A DNA stretch of 64,000 bases, from NCBI RefSeq assembly GCF_001194135.2, contig NC_068983.1, positions 114,350,388 through 114,414,387 of the forward strand. The letters are read 5' to 3'. This DNA is from Octopus bimaculoides. Lineage: Eukaryota. The notes beneath the pieces are model-generated. The model saw only the letters and a program-made list of their open reading frames with translations, searched no databases and was not told where the DNA came from. This document shows positions 1 through 13,482 of the stretch, one piece after another. Position 1 is the first letter of the stretch, and each line of letters starts with the position of its first letter. The translations under genes were made by a program, and so were the position numbers.

Positions 1-210
1 AGGAAATTTAATACATATTAATTCTAAATAGTTTTCCTATATGAAAAAAAAAAAAATTCAAACAAGAACCTTAATCTTATTTATAAACTATATATAGCTA
101 ACAATTGTGTACAGAAATTCATAAATGCTCTTTGTTTTATTTAATGTATTGGCCACAAGAAGCTTTTTGACTTTCATCAATGGGATTGGAAAAATAATTC
201 TAAACTCATA

Positions 211-1450
211 TGAGGGTGGGCTGAAAAGTTCATAAGCTAACTATGAAGGAGTGATGCTAGAGGTGTGAAATCTAAGATGCATTAATTTCAGCTTTACTTA
301 TTAATAATTGCATTGTTTTTATTTTTTCTAGGTAAACTGGTATCTCACTGTTCAAAGAAGACTTCAAAAGTAACTAGTACTGATTTCTCTTGAATATCGA
401 CATAATTTGGTATCATGGTGTTATCAAGTAGCTGTAAGAAAAGGGTTTAGCCCCCAAGGATATTCATTCTGATATGGTTCTACATTAGGAAATGATGCTC
501 CAGCTTTATCATCAGTGCAAAAGTGGGCAACTGAATTTAGGAGAAGAAGGGAAAGTCTTCAAGATGACCCAATGTCTGGACACCCTCAACAACCATCACC
601 AAGGAAAACATTGACTGCTCACTACATGGTGCTGGATGTTAGGTGACTGATTATAAATCAAATAGCTAATGCTATTAACATATCCCATGAGAGAGTTGAA
701 AATATTCTGCACAATGAACTTGGCATGACGAAGGTTTCTTGTTCAGTGGGTGCTACATCTTTTGACACCTGATCAAAGGCTGATTACATCATGGGAAAAT
801 TGTTTGGGGCAAATCCATCTGGTTTCCTTGAATGTTTCCTAAGCAGGATGAGTGTTGACTTCAGTAATTTTGAGCCAGAGACATAGAAACAACCCATGCA
901 GCAGAAACATCCTTCCTCACCTGCTCCAAAGAAGGTCAAGATCATTTAATCTGCAGGGAAGGTGATAGCCTCAGTTTTTTGGGATACAAAAGCATTGTGT
1001 TTATTAACTATTTTCAAAAAGACAACACCAACAATAGAGAGTACTATGCCAACTTTCTGAGGCACTTATGAAAGGTGTCTTGTTTCATCACTTCATGCTC
1101 CAGTACACAAATCCTTGGTTTCAATGGCTGCTGTGTGAGACAGGCTTTGAACTGGTTCATCACTCTACCTATTTTCCTGATTTGGCCCCATCTGACTATC
1201 AGCTGTTCTTCAACATGAAAAAAACACTTGGCTAGGAACCAGTATCACAGTGATGATGACGTCATTTTTGCTGCTGATGACTTTTTTGTCCAACAAGATG
1301 AAAACTTCTTCATCAATGGAATCCAAGTACTGCAACTTCAATGGAAGAAGTGTGTGGACCACAAGGGGCACTATGTTGAAAAAAACAACTTCATTTGGTC
1401 AAATTCCATGAGTGTCTTGATCAGCCAATGAACTTTTCAGTCCACCCTTG
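211..1450 (+). mobile_element. Full-length but decayed mariner (Tc1/mariner) DNA transposon, 1240 bp
   Basis: TA at 209-210 and at 1451-1452. TIRs TGAGGGTGGGCTGAAAAGTTCAT (211-233) and ATGAACTTTTCAGTCCACCCTTG (1428-1450) match 20/23. Confidence 0.93.
394..1390 (+). pseudogene. Mariner transposase pseudogene
   Basis: Broken frames retain KWATEFRRRRESLQDDP (HTH), WVLHLLTPDQ (WVPHEL-like), HSTYFPDLAPSDYQLF (YSPDLAPSDY-like) and WKKCVDHKGHYVEK. Multiple stops, frameshifts and deletions. Confidence 0.9.
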
Positions 1451-3144
1451 TACATTATAATGGCTGGAAATTTTATATTAAGAATATTATTTGGTATGGC
1501 TTTTTAAATAGTACAGTTTGAAAGAAAGAAAAAACAAAGTAGTGGTATGCTTTGTTCAAATACCCCTGAAGAAAGCAATATTATATTGAATATATCAGTC
1601 AATGTCACTAGTGCATCATTTGTATAAACTTGTAAAATTAGTCCAGAAAATATATTAATGTATTTAAAAAAATGTCAGCTTTTGAAAAGTGGATAAAAAC
1701 AAACCTGAGAAAAGAAAATGTGCTAAGTAAAAAGAATAAACCAATGTGGACTTTGATAAACAATTTTCTATTTTATATCAGCGAAAGGTTTATAATAGTG
1801 AATAAATTTGGTTAAATAATGGGGGGAAAAAAATGAAGCAATGGCAGGAGGCTATTTATAGCAGTCTGAGCCATTTAATACAGGAACTTATTAATCCAAA
1901 TTATCATTAATTCTTAAGATCACCTCAGTTTTTCAAGACAACTTAATTGTTTCCACTGATAAATATATACCAAGAAGGGCTAATACATATGATTAACATG
2001 AAATAACAACTAAGCTAAATATACAATCTGCTTCTGTGCAGTTCTCTAATATCCAAACCTTAAACTGCATTATTCTTTAGAAAAATAAAAGCCCAAAGTA
2101 CTTAATGTATGAAATCTATTGGCTGCCAAAAAATTTTTTAGGTTATAATATGAAAAGACATTGTTCTACATAATATATATAAAGGTTAGCAATATGTTAT
2201 GGTACTGTAATTCTATGTGAGTTAACAAAGGTGTAAATGTATTTCAATGTAATAAAATAAAGGCTGCTCACTCATATTTATCCCTTTTAAATACTAGAGA
2301 AATTTTAAATGAGCAGAAGTTTTACAGCTGAATACCCTTTCTAAAAAGCAAAAGTAACAAAAAGGTTATCATTCAATAGAGAAGCCTCAAAGCCTTCGTA
2401 AATTAGCCTAGATAAATATTAATGAAATAATGTAGTCACAATGAATTTCTTAGGCAAAATATATTTTATGTGTGAATTATTATTATTGTGTATTTGATTG
2501 CCTATTTCTAAGTGGTTCCTCTTTAGCTAGGAAAACACTAGTCTACTCTAAAACATAATGATGCAAGTTCATTGATTCCTTTTATCATTATGATATTAAT
2601 TTGAAACTGCTTGTATCAAAATCAAAAAATGGCCATTAACTGAAACTTCGCTATTTACTGGTTGCATCATGCTACTAGGCAAGACTAAATATAGTACCTA
2701 CTCCAGTTAGGCTAATTGAAGGTATGGATGAGTTCTAATAAAGCAGCAGAAAGAGGCATGTTGTTGTAAAACATGAATTGAAACAATCTGAGTAAATATC
2801 TGAGTTATTAGAAATATGTTATCATTGGAACAGCTTGTAACAATGAGGCTAACTATAGCTATCTCATGTGTATGACACTGGTTGATCCATTCATGTTTCT
2901 GCATTTCTTTACTAGTCATTACTGAGACAAAACTTTTCATTCCTAAAGGCCACCATTGATGCTATTCAATGGAAAGAGTTCAAGGTAGAGAATCTTAAAA
3001 TATGGCATTACTTGATCCACATAACAAACTAGAATATAAGAAAATAAGACAATAAATTACAAATTTTCCAATCAAATAATTGTTGAAGAATGTAAAACAT
3101 TTCAAAGATAAAGAGTAGTTTCAACCTGTGTGGTTTAAGAACAG

Positions 3145-3581
3145 ATTCATCATGCTCAAGTGTCTTTCAGAAATCTTTTCCGGGACAAAATATCACAGCT
3201 AATGCTACTCCATATTCAAGTACATTCATGTTAAACACATAGGTATTTTAACCTACAGCTGTTTCAAATTTATATATCAATTTAACTCTAGCTTAGCTAG
3301 CTTTCACATAAATCAGTGAATTTTTGTTGACTGATTTCTATAAGTCAGACAGGCATCTCAACTTGGCTCACAATATCTGGAATTCATCATGGCAGACACC
3401 AAACCAGGTTGAAACACTGTATCTATGATCCACTGGCAAGTTTTTAACATGCAAGTCTATTTGAGAAATTTTTTCTGGAACAAAATATCACAGATAGTGT
3501 TATTTCAGTTTTGTATAGACACTATATATATTATACACACTGGCATTCGAATTTAAGGCTGTTTCAAATGTAAATATTAAT
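3145..3581. repeat. Old, diverged ~295-300 bp direct duplication
   Basis: ACAAAATATCACAG with similar flanks at 3185 and 3480; GCTGTTTCAAAT at 3258 and 3558. Confidence 0.6.
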
Positions 3582-5080
3582 ATGAAATAGCTTCCCATTG
3601 TTTATAAGATTTATTTTGTCCAATTCTAAACAAAACTTTGTTGGCTACCACAGTAGCTTTACTCTGCTAAGTCATATGAAGTGTTATTTTTGCCCCAAAT
3701 CAATCACATTTAGGTAGGAAATGATAGGTACAAGTGTGTTTAACATTGGTTGTTTACAATATTTGATAACAATGTGTAATGAGTTATTATAAAACTATTT
3801 CACAGAAGTATACAGATAGACAAGTAACGTCGCTGTTGAGTAATTATTTAGTCAGGCATTATCCAACTTCTAGCAACATATCTAAAACCTTTAAGCTGCT
3901 GAGATAACAAGAGACTGTAGCATACAAAGAAGTTACATGGTTTCTGTTGAGCTAGGTTATGTAGCCATCATGTCTGAGATAGGACAGCAATGAAATATAA
4001 GTGCAGGTCATTGAATTTGGCTCTTGTGTTTATTGGATGTGCTAGCTTTCATTATTGTTGTCAGAGAATAATGACAGGACAGCTTGCATGACAGCTAAAA
4101 GTTGGCATTCCACACTACACAGATATTTTTTTTCTTTTTAGCAAAATCTTAACTGAAAGATAGGGAAAAACAAACAAAAAGAAAAAAAGTAAAAATATAA
4201 GAAAAAGCAACCTTAAATCAAAATACAAGTGTGGAATATTCTAAAATTGCTTAAAAAGAAAATGAGTTTGACGGATAAATATAAAAAAAAAAAAAAGATG
4301 TATTGATTTTACTAATTAGTTGAGAGAAAAAAGATATGATGCTCCATCAGAAAAAGCAGAAAATAGGGAAGAGATAGTGAGTGGGGGAATCACTGCACTC
4401 ATCTTAATAGAATTTAAAAATTTCTAGTATCAAAAGCACTATAATAATACNNNNNNNNNNNNNNNNNNNNNNNNNNNNNNNNNNNNNNNNNNNNNNNNNN
4501 NNNNNNNNNNNNNNNNNNNNNNNNNNNNNNNNNNNNNNNNNNNNNNNNNNNNNNNNNNNNNNNNNNNNNNNNNNNNNNNNNNNNNNNNNNNNNNNNNNNN
4601 NNNNNNNNNNNNNNNNNNNNNNNNNNNNNNNNNNNNNNNNNNNNNNNNNNNNNNNNNNNNNNNNNNNNNNNNNAATACAAAAACAAGTCTCAAAGATGAT
4701 GTAATAATCTACAACTATATTTAAATGTCCTTGAATAACGAAAAAAAAAAAAAGAATATTGAGCACTTAAATGTAATATAAAAAATTGATTTAACTTCAA
4801 CTCTAGGTACTTATATGGATTTAACTTAGTAATTACAATTTTAAGACACAAAAATTTTGTAATAAACTGTTTGCTACTGCAGATTCTTATCTCAAAATCA
4901 CTAAAAACATTAATATGATTAAACTGAAAAAATATATGTAATAACATCAGTAAGTACAGTAAGTATAATGTTCAAGTTGAATTTTTGCCAGAATTTCAAA
5001 AAAGTTGTGTTATGGTAACTTTTAAAAATATAGGCTTTTAATAAAAACAATAGCGAAGTAGTGGTTAAAGAAAAGTGGTT

Positions 5081-6245
5081 TACCATTATCATTTTATACC
5101 TCTCTCAAGCATGCATGTGTTAGATGGGTCTTATTAGGTACATAGTCTTGTAATTTGTTGTGGTTTTTTATCATCTCCTTCATGAGGTTCAGCTACCTGA
5201 GATTAGATCTCCCCATTTCTTCCCGAGTTTTCCTTTTTTGCAGGTTCTTCTATATGGATCACTTGGCACTTTTTACCCATTTTGTCATCCTACATCCTCG
5301 ACACAGCTCAGTCTTCCTTCTTGCAACATTAGGTTTGATTTCTCATACACCCAGTTTTTCACTCATCTAATAAATACTCTGTCATTCATCCATACTAACA
5401 TTAATTACATCACTTCTTTACATCCTTCAGACATCCTCCACATTCAATGCCCCATGTCTCATTACCATGCAGCATCACAGTTTGAACACAAACATCATAT
5501 GCCCTTCACTCAGTAAGAAAATGCATTTGTTGCTATCAGAATTAGGAGCTCCTTGAACTTTTTTAACAAATCTTACTCCAATTACAAGACCCTTCTCCAC
5601 TGTTAATTAGCTCATCTAAATAATCCTTACTACTTTGGGAAAGGCCTGAAATTTTGAGGTAGGATGCTAGTCGATCACATCAACCCCACTGTTCAACAGG
5701 TACTTATTTTATCGACCCTGGAAGGATGAAAATCAAAGTTGACCATGGTGGAATTTGAACTCAGAACATAAAGTTGAAAACAATGTCAATAAGCATTTTC
5801 TATCGTACAGCAATGATTCTACCATCTTGAACCTTAGGTCATCTAAATAATGGATGCTATCAGCTATTAAAAGAGATGCTCCTGGGTATTTGAAAGGAAC
5901 ATTTTATAGTAGCTCTTATGGGAATTACTTCTGTACATACATAGTCCTTCTCAGTTAGCCTACATGTAATCCCACTGCATCTTTTGTGCACCCAGTCTAA
6001 ACTGGGTACACCACAGAGCATTTTCGCTTACTTCTTTTTTTGCATATTAAACATGGTTATGTCCCAGAAGACAGTAGTGTCCTATCTTCTTTCCTGTGAA
6101 ATAAAACTTTTTGTCTTTGTTTTGTCAGTTCTAGGCGTTGCTTCTACATTTGGAATTTCTTTAATTCTTCAACAGATTCATCCCTGAGAACTAGGTCATC
6201 ATTAAACAGAAGTTCCCACGGACAGCCGGTCTTAAACTTCTGTTG
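5081..6245 (-). mobile_element. 5'-truncated RTE-clade LINE relic, interrupted by a SINE
   Basis: Minus-strand translation gives TGCPWELLFNDDLVLRDES (RT YADD motif decayed to FNDD), a PCLICKK Cys motif, HYLDELINSG and VMLHGNETW. Many stops. Confidence 0.85.
5625..5838 (-). mobile_element. tRNA-derived SINE, family A, nested in the RTE relic
   Basis: B box (GAGTTCAAATTCC on minus) and family body. Flanked by a 13-bp TSD TCATCTAAATAAT (5612-5624 and 5839-5851). Confidence 0.85.
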
Positions 6246-7970
6246 GAGTGTGGGTGTGTGTATGTGTGTGTGAAAAATAGGTGTACTGAATCTGTTTATA
6301 TTTATTTATATTTAATGTGGTTAACATAGAAATCCTCTTCATCTTTACAAAGCTATCAACATTTGAATTTATGACCACCATGAGTGTGGGTGAGTGTGAA
6401 TGCGTGAAAGAAAAACTGAAATGAAAAATGGAGTGATAGAGAGATAGAGAGAGGAAGCGAGAGAACAAGGATGAAAGAGATATTCTTTATTCTAAGCATC
6501 CCAAACGATACATCCTTCTTTGTAAATGGGATTATTATAGTAAAGCTGTGTAGATGGTGGTATTTATCAAATGTCCAAAGTTCAGTACTGTCAGTTATTT
6601 TACCAATTCATAAATCCTCAGAGACATATAATCTATATAAATTATTAACAAACAACATTCTGTTCTAGGAAGAAAAAGAATTCAAGAAATATTCTGACAA
6701 TGTTACCATATTTTAGTTATTAAAACACTTGACTCCACAAAGAAGAAACTCAATTGTATCACAGTTCATTTTACTCTTTTGCTTGAAAAGTTTGTAAGAT
6801 ATTTCAGGCAAAATTTCTATAAACCACAATTCTTTCAACCTGTACATCATCTATTTGAGTAGAAACTGGAATTCCGAATAGTTCCTTAGCATACTTTCTA
6901 TCAATTTGAATTTCTTTTTTACTACTTATGAGGATAAAATGTATTTAAATAAATGGTATTTATCTTCAATTGTTGAAGTTTAACTAATCTTAATATTTCT
7001 GTTTAAGACCTGTATAGTATACACACACATATATATATATAGTTAGTTAAAGGTCTAATCTTGACTCCACCTTCAGTCAGTCAGCTCAGCTGAAAATTTT
7101 ACATACTATAAATAGAAATCTTCTAACAATGTCAGAAATAATATGAATAAAGGAAATTTTTGTTGAAATTTAGTATTTATAAAAAATATAAATAAGACAA
7201 AAAAAAAAAGAAAAATTCCTATTTCCATCAAGACATATTTATATAAAAAATAGCATTAGATAAAAAATAAAAGAAAAATAAAAGTTTATTTCCAGGGTAT
7301 AGAAAGTCTTTCTGCAGTTAAACAGGTTATGCTTCGGAACAGCAAACATGCTCGCTCCATTATTTAAAACTAAAAGATATACAAGAACAAAAACATCTTT
7401 GAAGCAATGGTTGAAATGTTTAGTTACTTAACTCTTTATGCTTGGTTTAAGTCAACACAGGTGAACTAGCTTTCCTGAGAAAAAGATTATTTTTCAAATA
7501 CTTCACCCAACATATCAGGAAAAAAAAAGAAAATGAAATATATATATATAAAAAAAAAAGGACAAAGTGGTTGTGACCCAGTATTTGAGAGCATGTGTCA
7601 TTTGGGGCTGTGGTTTAACTGGCACTTAAGCACAGTAAAACTAGATTTACAGAAATAGACAGAAATAGAAACAAGAAAAATGTAGTAATTAATTTTCCTA
7701 AAATGGTATCAATTAACCAGTATTCTTAGCTATGTCTACTTATTAGCAGTGACAATGATTTTGTTCAGCTTGTCTCATGACAGCCTTTTATAAACATCAA
7801 CTGGCAACACATTCAGTGACATCACTTTCAGCTTTAACCTTCATAGAAGAGTTTCATGGTTCATAAAACAGACAGGAGCAATGTTTGAACTGAGCAAAAT
7901 GAAGCAAGAGAAATTGAAATAAGGAGAATCGAGGAATATATTTAGAATGAGAGTAGAACAAGTGTGTGAG

Positions 7971-7992
7971 AGAGAGAAAGAGAGAAAGAGAG

Positions 7993-8090
<98 letters not shown>

Positions 8091-8100
8091 CCAGACTGAC
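7971..8100. repeat. (GA)n followed by (GACA)n microsatellite
   Basis: Directly visible. Confidence 0.95.
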
Positions 8101-8571
8101 AGAGATCAAGTGAATGTGATTGTGTATGTTTGAGAGTAAGTGAATACATGAGAATGCATGAAAATGAGTGTGAGGGCAAATGTATATACATAAATGTATG
8201 AGTGGTCAGGTATGTTTGTAGATGAAATGAGTGGATATATGTAAAGTTGAAGTGATTGGGTATGTGTGATTGGTAAGCATGTTCAGTTCAACAGTTTTAA
8301 ATAATCTTTTTTTTTATGGCTATGTCATCAATCTCTAATACCAGGTACAACTTTACATATTGCATCAATTCTATACAAAGAACACTTGTATAAAGTTATA
8401 AGGACAAAACAGAAAGGGCTACCTGTAAGTTTCTGTAAATGCTACAGTATCAAAACAATATGTAACTCCATGTAAAATCACAAGGAAAATGAAGATCTTA
8501 TAAGGGTATAATATATATGTATCATATATTAAAATATATATATCATAGTATAATATAAGGGTACAACATAT

Positions 8572-8784
8572 TCTTTTCTACTATAGGTACAAGGCCTGAA
8601 ATTTCTTTTTGCAGGGGAGGTCGTTGATCAAGTTGACATCAGTGCTTGACTGGTACCTATTTTATCAACTCCAAAAGGATGAAAGCAAAGTTGACATCAG
8701 TAGAATTTGAACTCAGAACACAAAGATGGATAAAATGCTACAAAGCATTTTGTCTGGTGTGCTGATAGTTCTGCCAACAAGCTC
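8572..8784 (-). mobile_element. SINE family A
   Basis: Full body. Imperfect ~18-bp TSD TATAAGGGTACAACATAT / TATAAGGGCATAACATAT. Confidence 0.85.
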
Positions 8785-8826
8785 TATAAGGGCATAACAT
8801 ATCAAATCATAATATATAATGATTTT

Positions 8827-9210
8827 TTATCGTTTATTTGTTTTAGTTATTGGACTGCACCCTTACTAGGGCAGTGCCTTGAAGGACTTAGTCAAATAAA
8901 TCAATCCCAGTATTTATTTTTAAGTCTGGTACATATTCTACTGGTCTCTTTTGGTGAACCGCTACATTACAGAGATGTGAATGAACCAACATTGGTTGTT
9001 AATTGGTGTGGAGGCAACCACATATACACCCCAACCCCCACACATACATTCAATATGCTTCCTTACAGTTTCTGTCTACCAAATTCACTCACCAGGCATT
9101 GGTCAGCGTGGGGCAGTAGCAGAAAACACTTGCCCAAGATGCTGTATGGTGGAACAGAACTTGAAGCCACACAGTTGCAAAGTTAGCTTCTTAACTATAC
9201 AACCATACCT
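8827..9210 (-). mobile_element. tRNA-derived SINE, family B (old copy)
   Basis: Reverse complement matches the head and body of the copies at 41185-41831 and 45863-46321 (GGCAAGTGTTTTCTGCTA...GAATTTGGTAGACAGAAACTG). Confidence 0.8.
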
Positions 9211-9255
9211 ATTATAATCAAATATAGGGATTACGTATTTCAACTTTCACTTCTA

Positions 9256-9531
9256 TCATCATCATCATTTAAGGTCCGCTTTCCATGCTAGCACGGGTTG
9301 GACGATTTGACTGAGGGCTGGTGAAACCAGATGGCTACACCAAGCTCCAATCTGATTTAGCAGAGTTTCTACAGCTGGATACCCTTCCTAAAGCCAACCA
9401 CTCCGAGAGTGTAGTGGGTGCTTTTACGTGCCACCGGCACGAAGGCCAGTCAGGCGGCACTGGCAACGGCCACGCTCAAAATGGTGTATTTAATGTGCCA
9501 CCCGCACAAGAGCCAGTCCAGGGGCACTGGC
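9256..9531 (-). mobile_element. RTE-type 3' end fragment with (ATG)n tail
   Basis: Homologous to 35018-35344 and 50251-50466. Ends ...GCGGACCTTAAATGATGATGAT on the minus strand. Confidence 0.85.
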
Positions 9532-10827
9532 TATACTTCTTCATATTTTATCATATTTCATAGATAATTTTTTTTAAGATGCATATCTAACTAATCTTCG
9601 CAGGAACAGTATATTTGAAGATTCAGCATGATTCAGCAATGAATAAATAAAATTAGAGTCAATAAAATGTTTTGAGATGGAAAAGTTTTATCCAATTGAA
9701 AATCCAAAGAATTCTAAAATTAATATTAGTATATCTGGAATACCTTTACAGATGAAGAGACAATGCACAAAAATGAAATTTAACTCTACTTAACAAAAAC
9801 TGAAAAGTGTCCTAAAAGAAGTCATATAAAAAATATGTATAAAATTGCTTTGAAAAATGAAATTATCAGCTCTGAAACTATAACAATAATTACAACCTTT
9901 GATTTTAAATAAAATGATATTCAGCTCAACAAAAACTATGCCATATATAATTTCAATCACTCCTTTAAAAAAAAAAAATAAATAAAAGGAAATAAAGCAT
10001 TTTACAGATGATAAGAAACAAAAAGAACCGAAATATAGAGAAAATCAACTACATAACATGACAAAGACAATAATAATATGGATAAATGAATGGATATAGA
10101 TAGATCAATGTCATACAACATGACACTCAAGATAATATTTGTTAGTGCCATGATACAGCATTTGCAAGCAAAGAAATAGCAGATATGTTGAGACACAGAA
10201 TGGAAAATCACATAGATCTTATCTGTTCTATGGCACATGGAGGGTGACGGAAAGGAAGGTGAGGAGAGGAGTAACTGAACAGAAGAAAGCAAATGTAGTT
10301 CTTTTAGAAAACAGCAACAACACTGACTACAAGAGCAACAACAAAAGTACAACAAATAATTCCAGTCACAGTGAATCAAAATCTTAAGTCTATATTTACA
10401 AGCCAACTTTTATATAAATAACTTTTAATTGAATACATATACTATACATATGCACACACACGCATATGTATGTGTGCATATGTGTTTGAAAGTATGAGAA
10501 AGAGTGAGAAAAAGAGAGAAGTTAAAGTCAGCAGAATATGTACACAAAAACAGAGGTGCGCATGCACACACACACATATATACATATATGCCTAGAAATT
10601 TGAACACACACACACATGCACATATTTGTGGTTAATGGTTGACTTTGGAAATGAAAAAAAAAATTTTTTTAAACATGAAGTACTCAATTCGTTGAGTAGA
10701 GGAGAAAAATACCATTTATTAAATAAATGACTCAGACAGTATAGTACTAGTTGTCTCCTTAGAGAAGAATTCATCACTCAGACAAATTCTTTACTGACAA
10801 CAGAACTAGCACTATAAGAGTCATTTG

Positions 10828-10869
<42 letters not shown>

Positions 10870-11592
10870 TCAGAGTAAGAGAGATTTACAGTTTCAAACT
10901 AAAGTAAACTTTCAAAAGCAAACAGTAAGTACAATGTTAAAATAACTAGATGAAAAAAAAAAAAAAAAATTAAGTATAGTTCATTCAGTCATTATCTGCA
11001 GATATGAAACAAAATATGGGATATGAAGCTGCTGCATCTTCAATATAAATTGAATTTATTATCATTATATTTTTTTTCTGTCACCTCTTTGCCTTAATTA
11101 AAAGCATCATACATTGTCTTAGAAGTGATGCTAGTAGGACTGGTGAGAAAAAAATGGCATCCCTCTTCAGAATTTTTTTTAGAAAAATGAGAGAGAGAGA
11201 GAGAGAAATAGAGCAATGGTATTGGGTGGAGACACCACTGAAAGCAATTCCAAACCAAAATGTCAATGAAACTAAACAGTCAGGGGGAGGGGGTTATCAG
11301 AGGCTGGTAACTACCATAATAAATGAGCTGCTGATGAACCCATTTTCAGAAGTGGTAGTGGTGGTTGGGGGAGGGATGAATACTTCAAGAGACACAGGGG
11401 GAGTAACAAATCAAGTGAAACGAAGCAAGACCCTAAATATCCTTTAATCTGTCTAGCAAATAACATACTACTACTACTGCAACCGCCCTCCACCATCACC
11501 ATTGCCACAACTATTATGACTACTACATTTTAAGAAGGCTAAATGGTGTGGTGCATGTTGGATGGGAGTTGTGATAATAATAAAAAACAGAC

Positions 11593-11662
<70 letters not shown>

Positions 11663-11702
11663 AAGTGAAAAAATTGCAAAAGAAAATTAATAATAATGAT
11701 TT

Positions 11703-12100
11703 CTCATTTAAGCCGTAATTTTGAAGAGAAGGAATTAGTTGATTACACCAACTCTAGTATTTGACTGGCACTTTATTCTATCAACCCTGAAGTGATGAAA
11801 GGCAAACGTGACCTCCATGGGATTTGAACTCAGAACAGAAAGAGCCAGGAAAAATAATGTATGCATAATGATATCAACTGTTTCTAATTTAGGCACAAGG
11901 CCATCCATTTGGAGTGGATGAGGTCAGCCAATGCCTTTGACCCTAATACTAAACTGGTACTTTTTTAATATCAACACTGAAGGGATGAAAAGCAAAATTG
12001 GTCTTAACAGAATTTGAGCTCAGACCATAAAGAGGTAGAAAAATCACTGTGATGTATTATTTTTCCTGATGTTTTAATATTTCTGCCAGTCCACAACCCT
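11703..12100 (-). mobile_element. Two adjacent diverged SINE family A copies (about 11703-11858 and 11881-12100)
   Basis: Each has the family B-box segment (ATTTGAACTCAGAAC / AATTTGAGCTCAGAC on +) and the GATGAAA(G/A)GCAAA body. Confidence 0.75.
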
Positions 12101-12559
12101 TTATAATAATCATAATAATAATTGTTGGTAACATTTCATTAATCTGTTTTTTACTGCCACAAGAGTGATGACTTATGGGACACAATTTGGACAGTATGCA
12201 AAAGATGTTGACGGGTTTATACAGGAGTCAGATGAATGAGAGAAAAGTAAAACAAAAAGACAGCGTTCTCTGAGAGGAAGAGCACCACATACAGCCAATA
12301 AGGAACAGTACATGTCATGGGGTACCCTGATGACCAAAGGGTAAAATTCACTCTATCAGCTGTTACTCCCTGGTTTATAAGCATCTTCTGAGAGGAAGTA
12401 CACTTACTTGGAGCCATACTTGCCACTGTCACTCACATTTCAACATCTTCATCTTCTGCTTCAAGAGGAATCTGAATTGCCAAAGGGGAATGTGTCTGTC
12501 CTCTGTCCTCTCTGTTGCATCTACTACACAACCTATATTGTCTTAATCACTAAACAGAG

Positions 12560-13200
12560 GAAAACTGCTTGATTAAAGTAAGGTGAAGGGTTGATTTTTT
12601 TCACAATGGACATGGCTAATAATTAGTTCTGTTCAACAAATCTCCACTTGCTAGCAATGGTTGAACATTAAATGAGGATATGCAAAATGGCTTTATCACT
12701 CTATGCACAGCCTGGATAAGACCAGCTGACAGCATTCCACAGCCTATAGAATCTTAAACCAGCAATATCCTTTGGAGGCATTGTTAACTTCCTGAAGTCA
12801 TCCATAATCCTCAGGTTGAAAATCCTCCAATACAGACCAGCAAGTTGATTTTCATTGCTGCCTAGAATTCTCTCACAAGTTATCATTCTTCTCCACCACT
12901 AATCCTTTATAAGAACGCCAATGTAAAGGTTCCAGAGGCTACATGACCCATCTGGCAGAGGGCTGTGTATGCCTTACACCACTCATGGTCTTTTCTTGAA
13001 CTAAGATTATAGCATTATTGAAGAGTCAAGTTGTGACAAAATATACTTGACAAATAGTGATCATGCCCATCCAGCAATCTTTGCAAATGCTACAGTCTTG
13101 GCACATGTCTGCACATCAACCACAGCATACTAAACCCTTCACAAAGCAGGTGTTGTCAGCAAATAAATCACCTGATGAGTATAGGGTTCTCTTCTACAAG
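12560..13200 (+). mobile_element. Possible highly decayed Ty3/Gypsy pol (RT/RNase H) relic
   Basis: PQP...FGGIVNFL resembles MPQP...SFLGIVNYL. One frame (one stop) then reads HDPSGRGL...DYSIIEE..CDK...SDH..PAIF, the order of RNase H motifs DASGxGL, NYSxIEKE, CEK, TDHKPL. Heavily deleted; no LTR seen. Confidence 0.4.
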
Positions 13201-13284
13201 AAGCAAAACAGCAGAAGTCCCAATCTAATAAGGTGAGAACTGGTGAAAGGCATGATAATTAGGTGGTAATATATATAATGATGA

Positions 13285-13482
13285 AGGTGGCAAGCAGGCA
13301 GAAACATTAGCATGCCGGTATTTCGTCTGTCTTTATTTTCTAAGTTCAAATTCCGCTGAGGTTGACTCTGCCTTTCGTCCTTTTGGGGGTCGATAAATTA
13401 AGTACTAGCTGCATACTGGGGTTGATCTAATCAACTGGCTCCCTCCCCAAAAATTTTGGGCCTTGTGCCTGGAGTAGAAAAG
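13285..13482 (+). mobile_element. SINE family A
   Basis: A-box head GGTGGCAAGCAGGCAGAA and B box AAGTTCAAATTCC. Perfect 17-bp TSD AATATATATAATGATGA (13268-13284 and 13483-13499). Confidence 0.92.

Noticed and set aside
1228-1431. 67-aa ORF as an independent gene (likewise 16229-16489, 16497-16766, 55009-55293)
   Set aside because: These are surviving frames of mariner, RTE and Tx1-like pseudogenes rather than host genes.
4404-4766. ORFs spanning N gaps (also 29074-29769, 60118-60555, 62937-63245)
   Set aside because: They are open only because N runs contain no stop codons.
6120-6210. C/D-box snoRNA-like pattern on minus (ATGATGA ... CTGA)
   Set aside because: The ATGATGA is the decayed RT motif (FNDD) of the RTE relic, and the terminal stem is not canonical.
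12390-12490. Sense-strand donor-like sites (AT|GTGAGT, AA|GTAAGT) with an upstream AG: possible cassette exon
   Set aside because: The implied exon lengths (35 or 64 nt) are not frame-preserving, there is no WW similarity, and it lies beside a probable retroelement relic.
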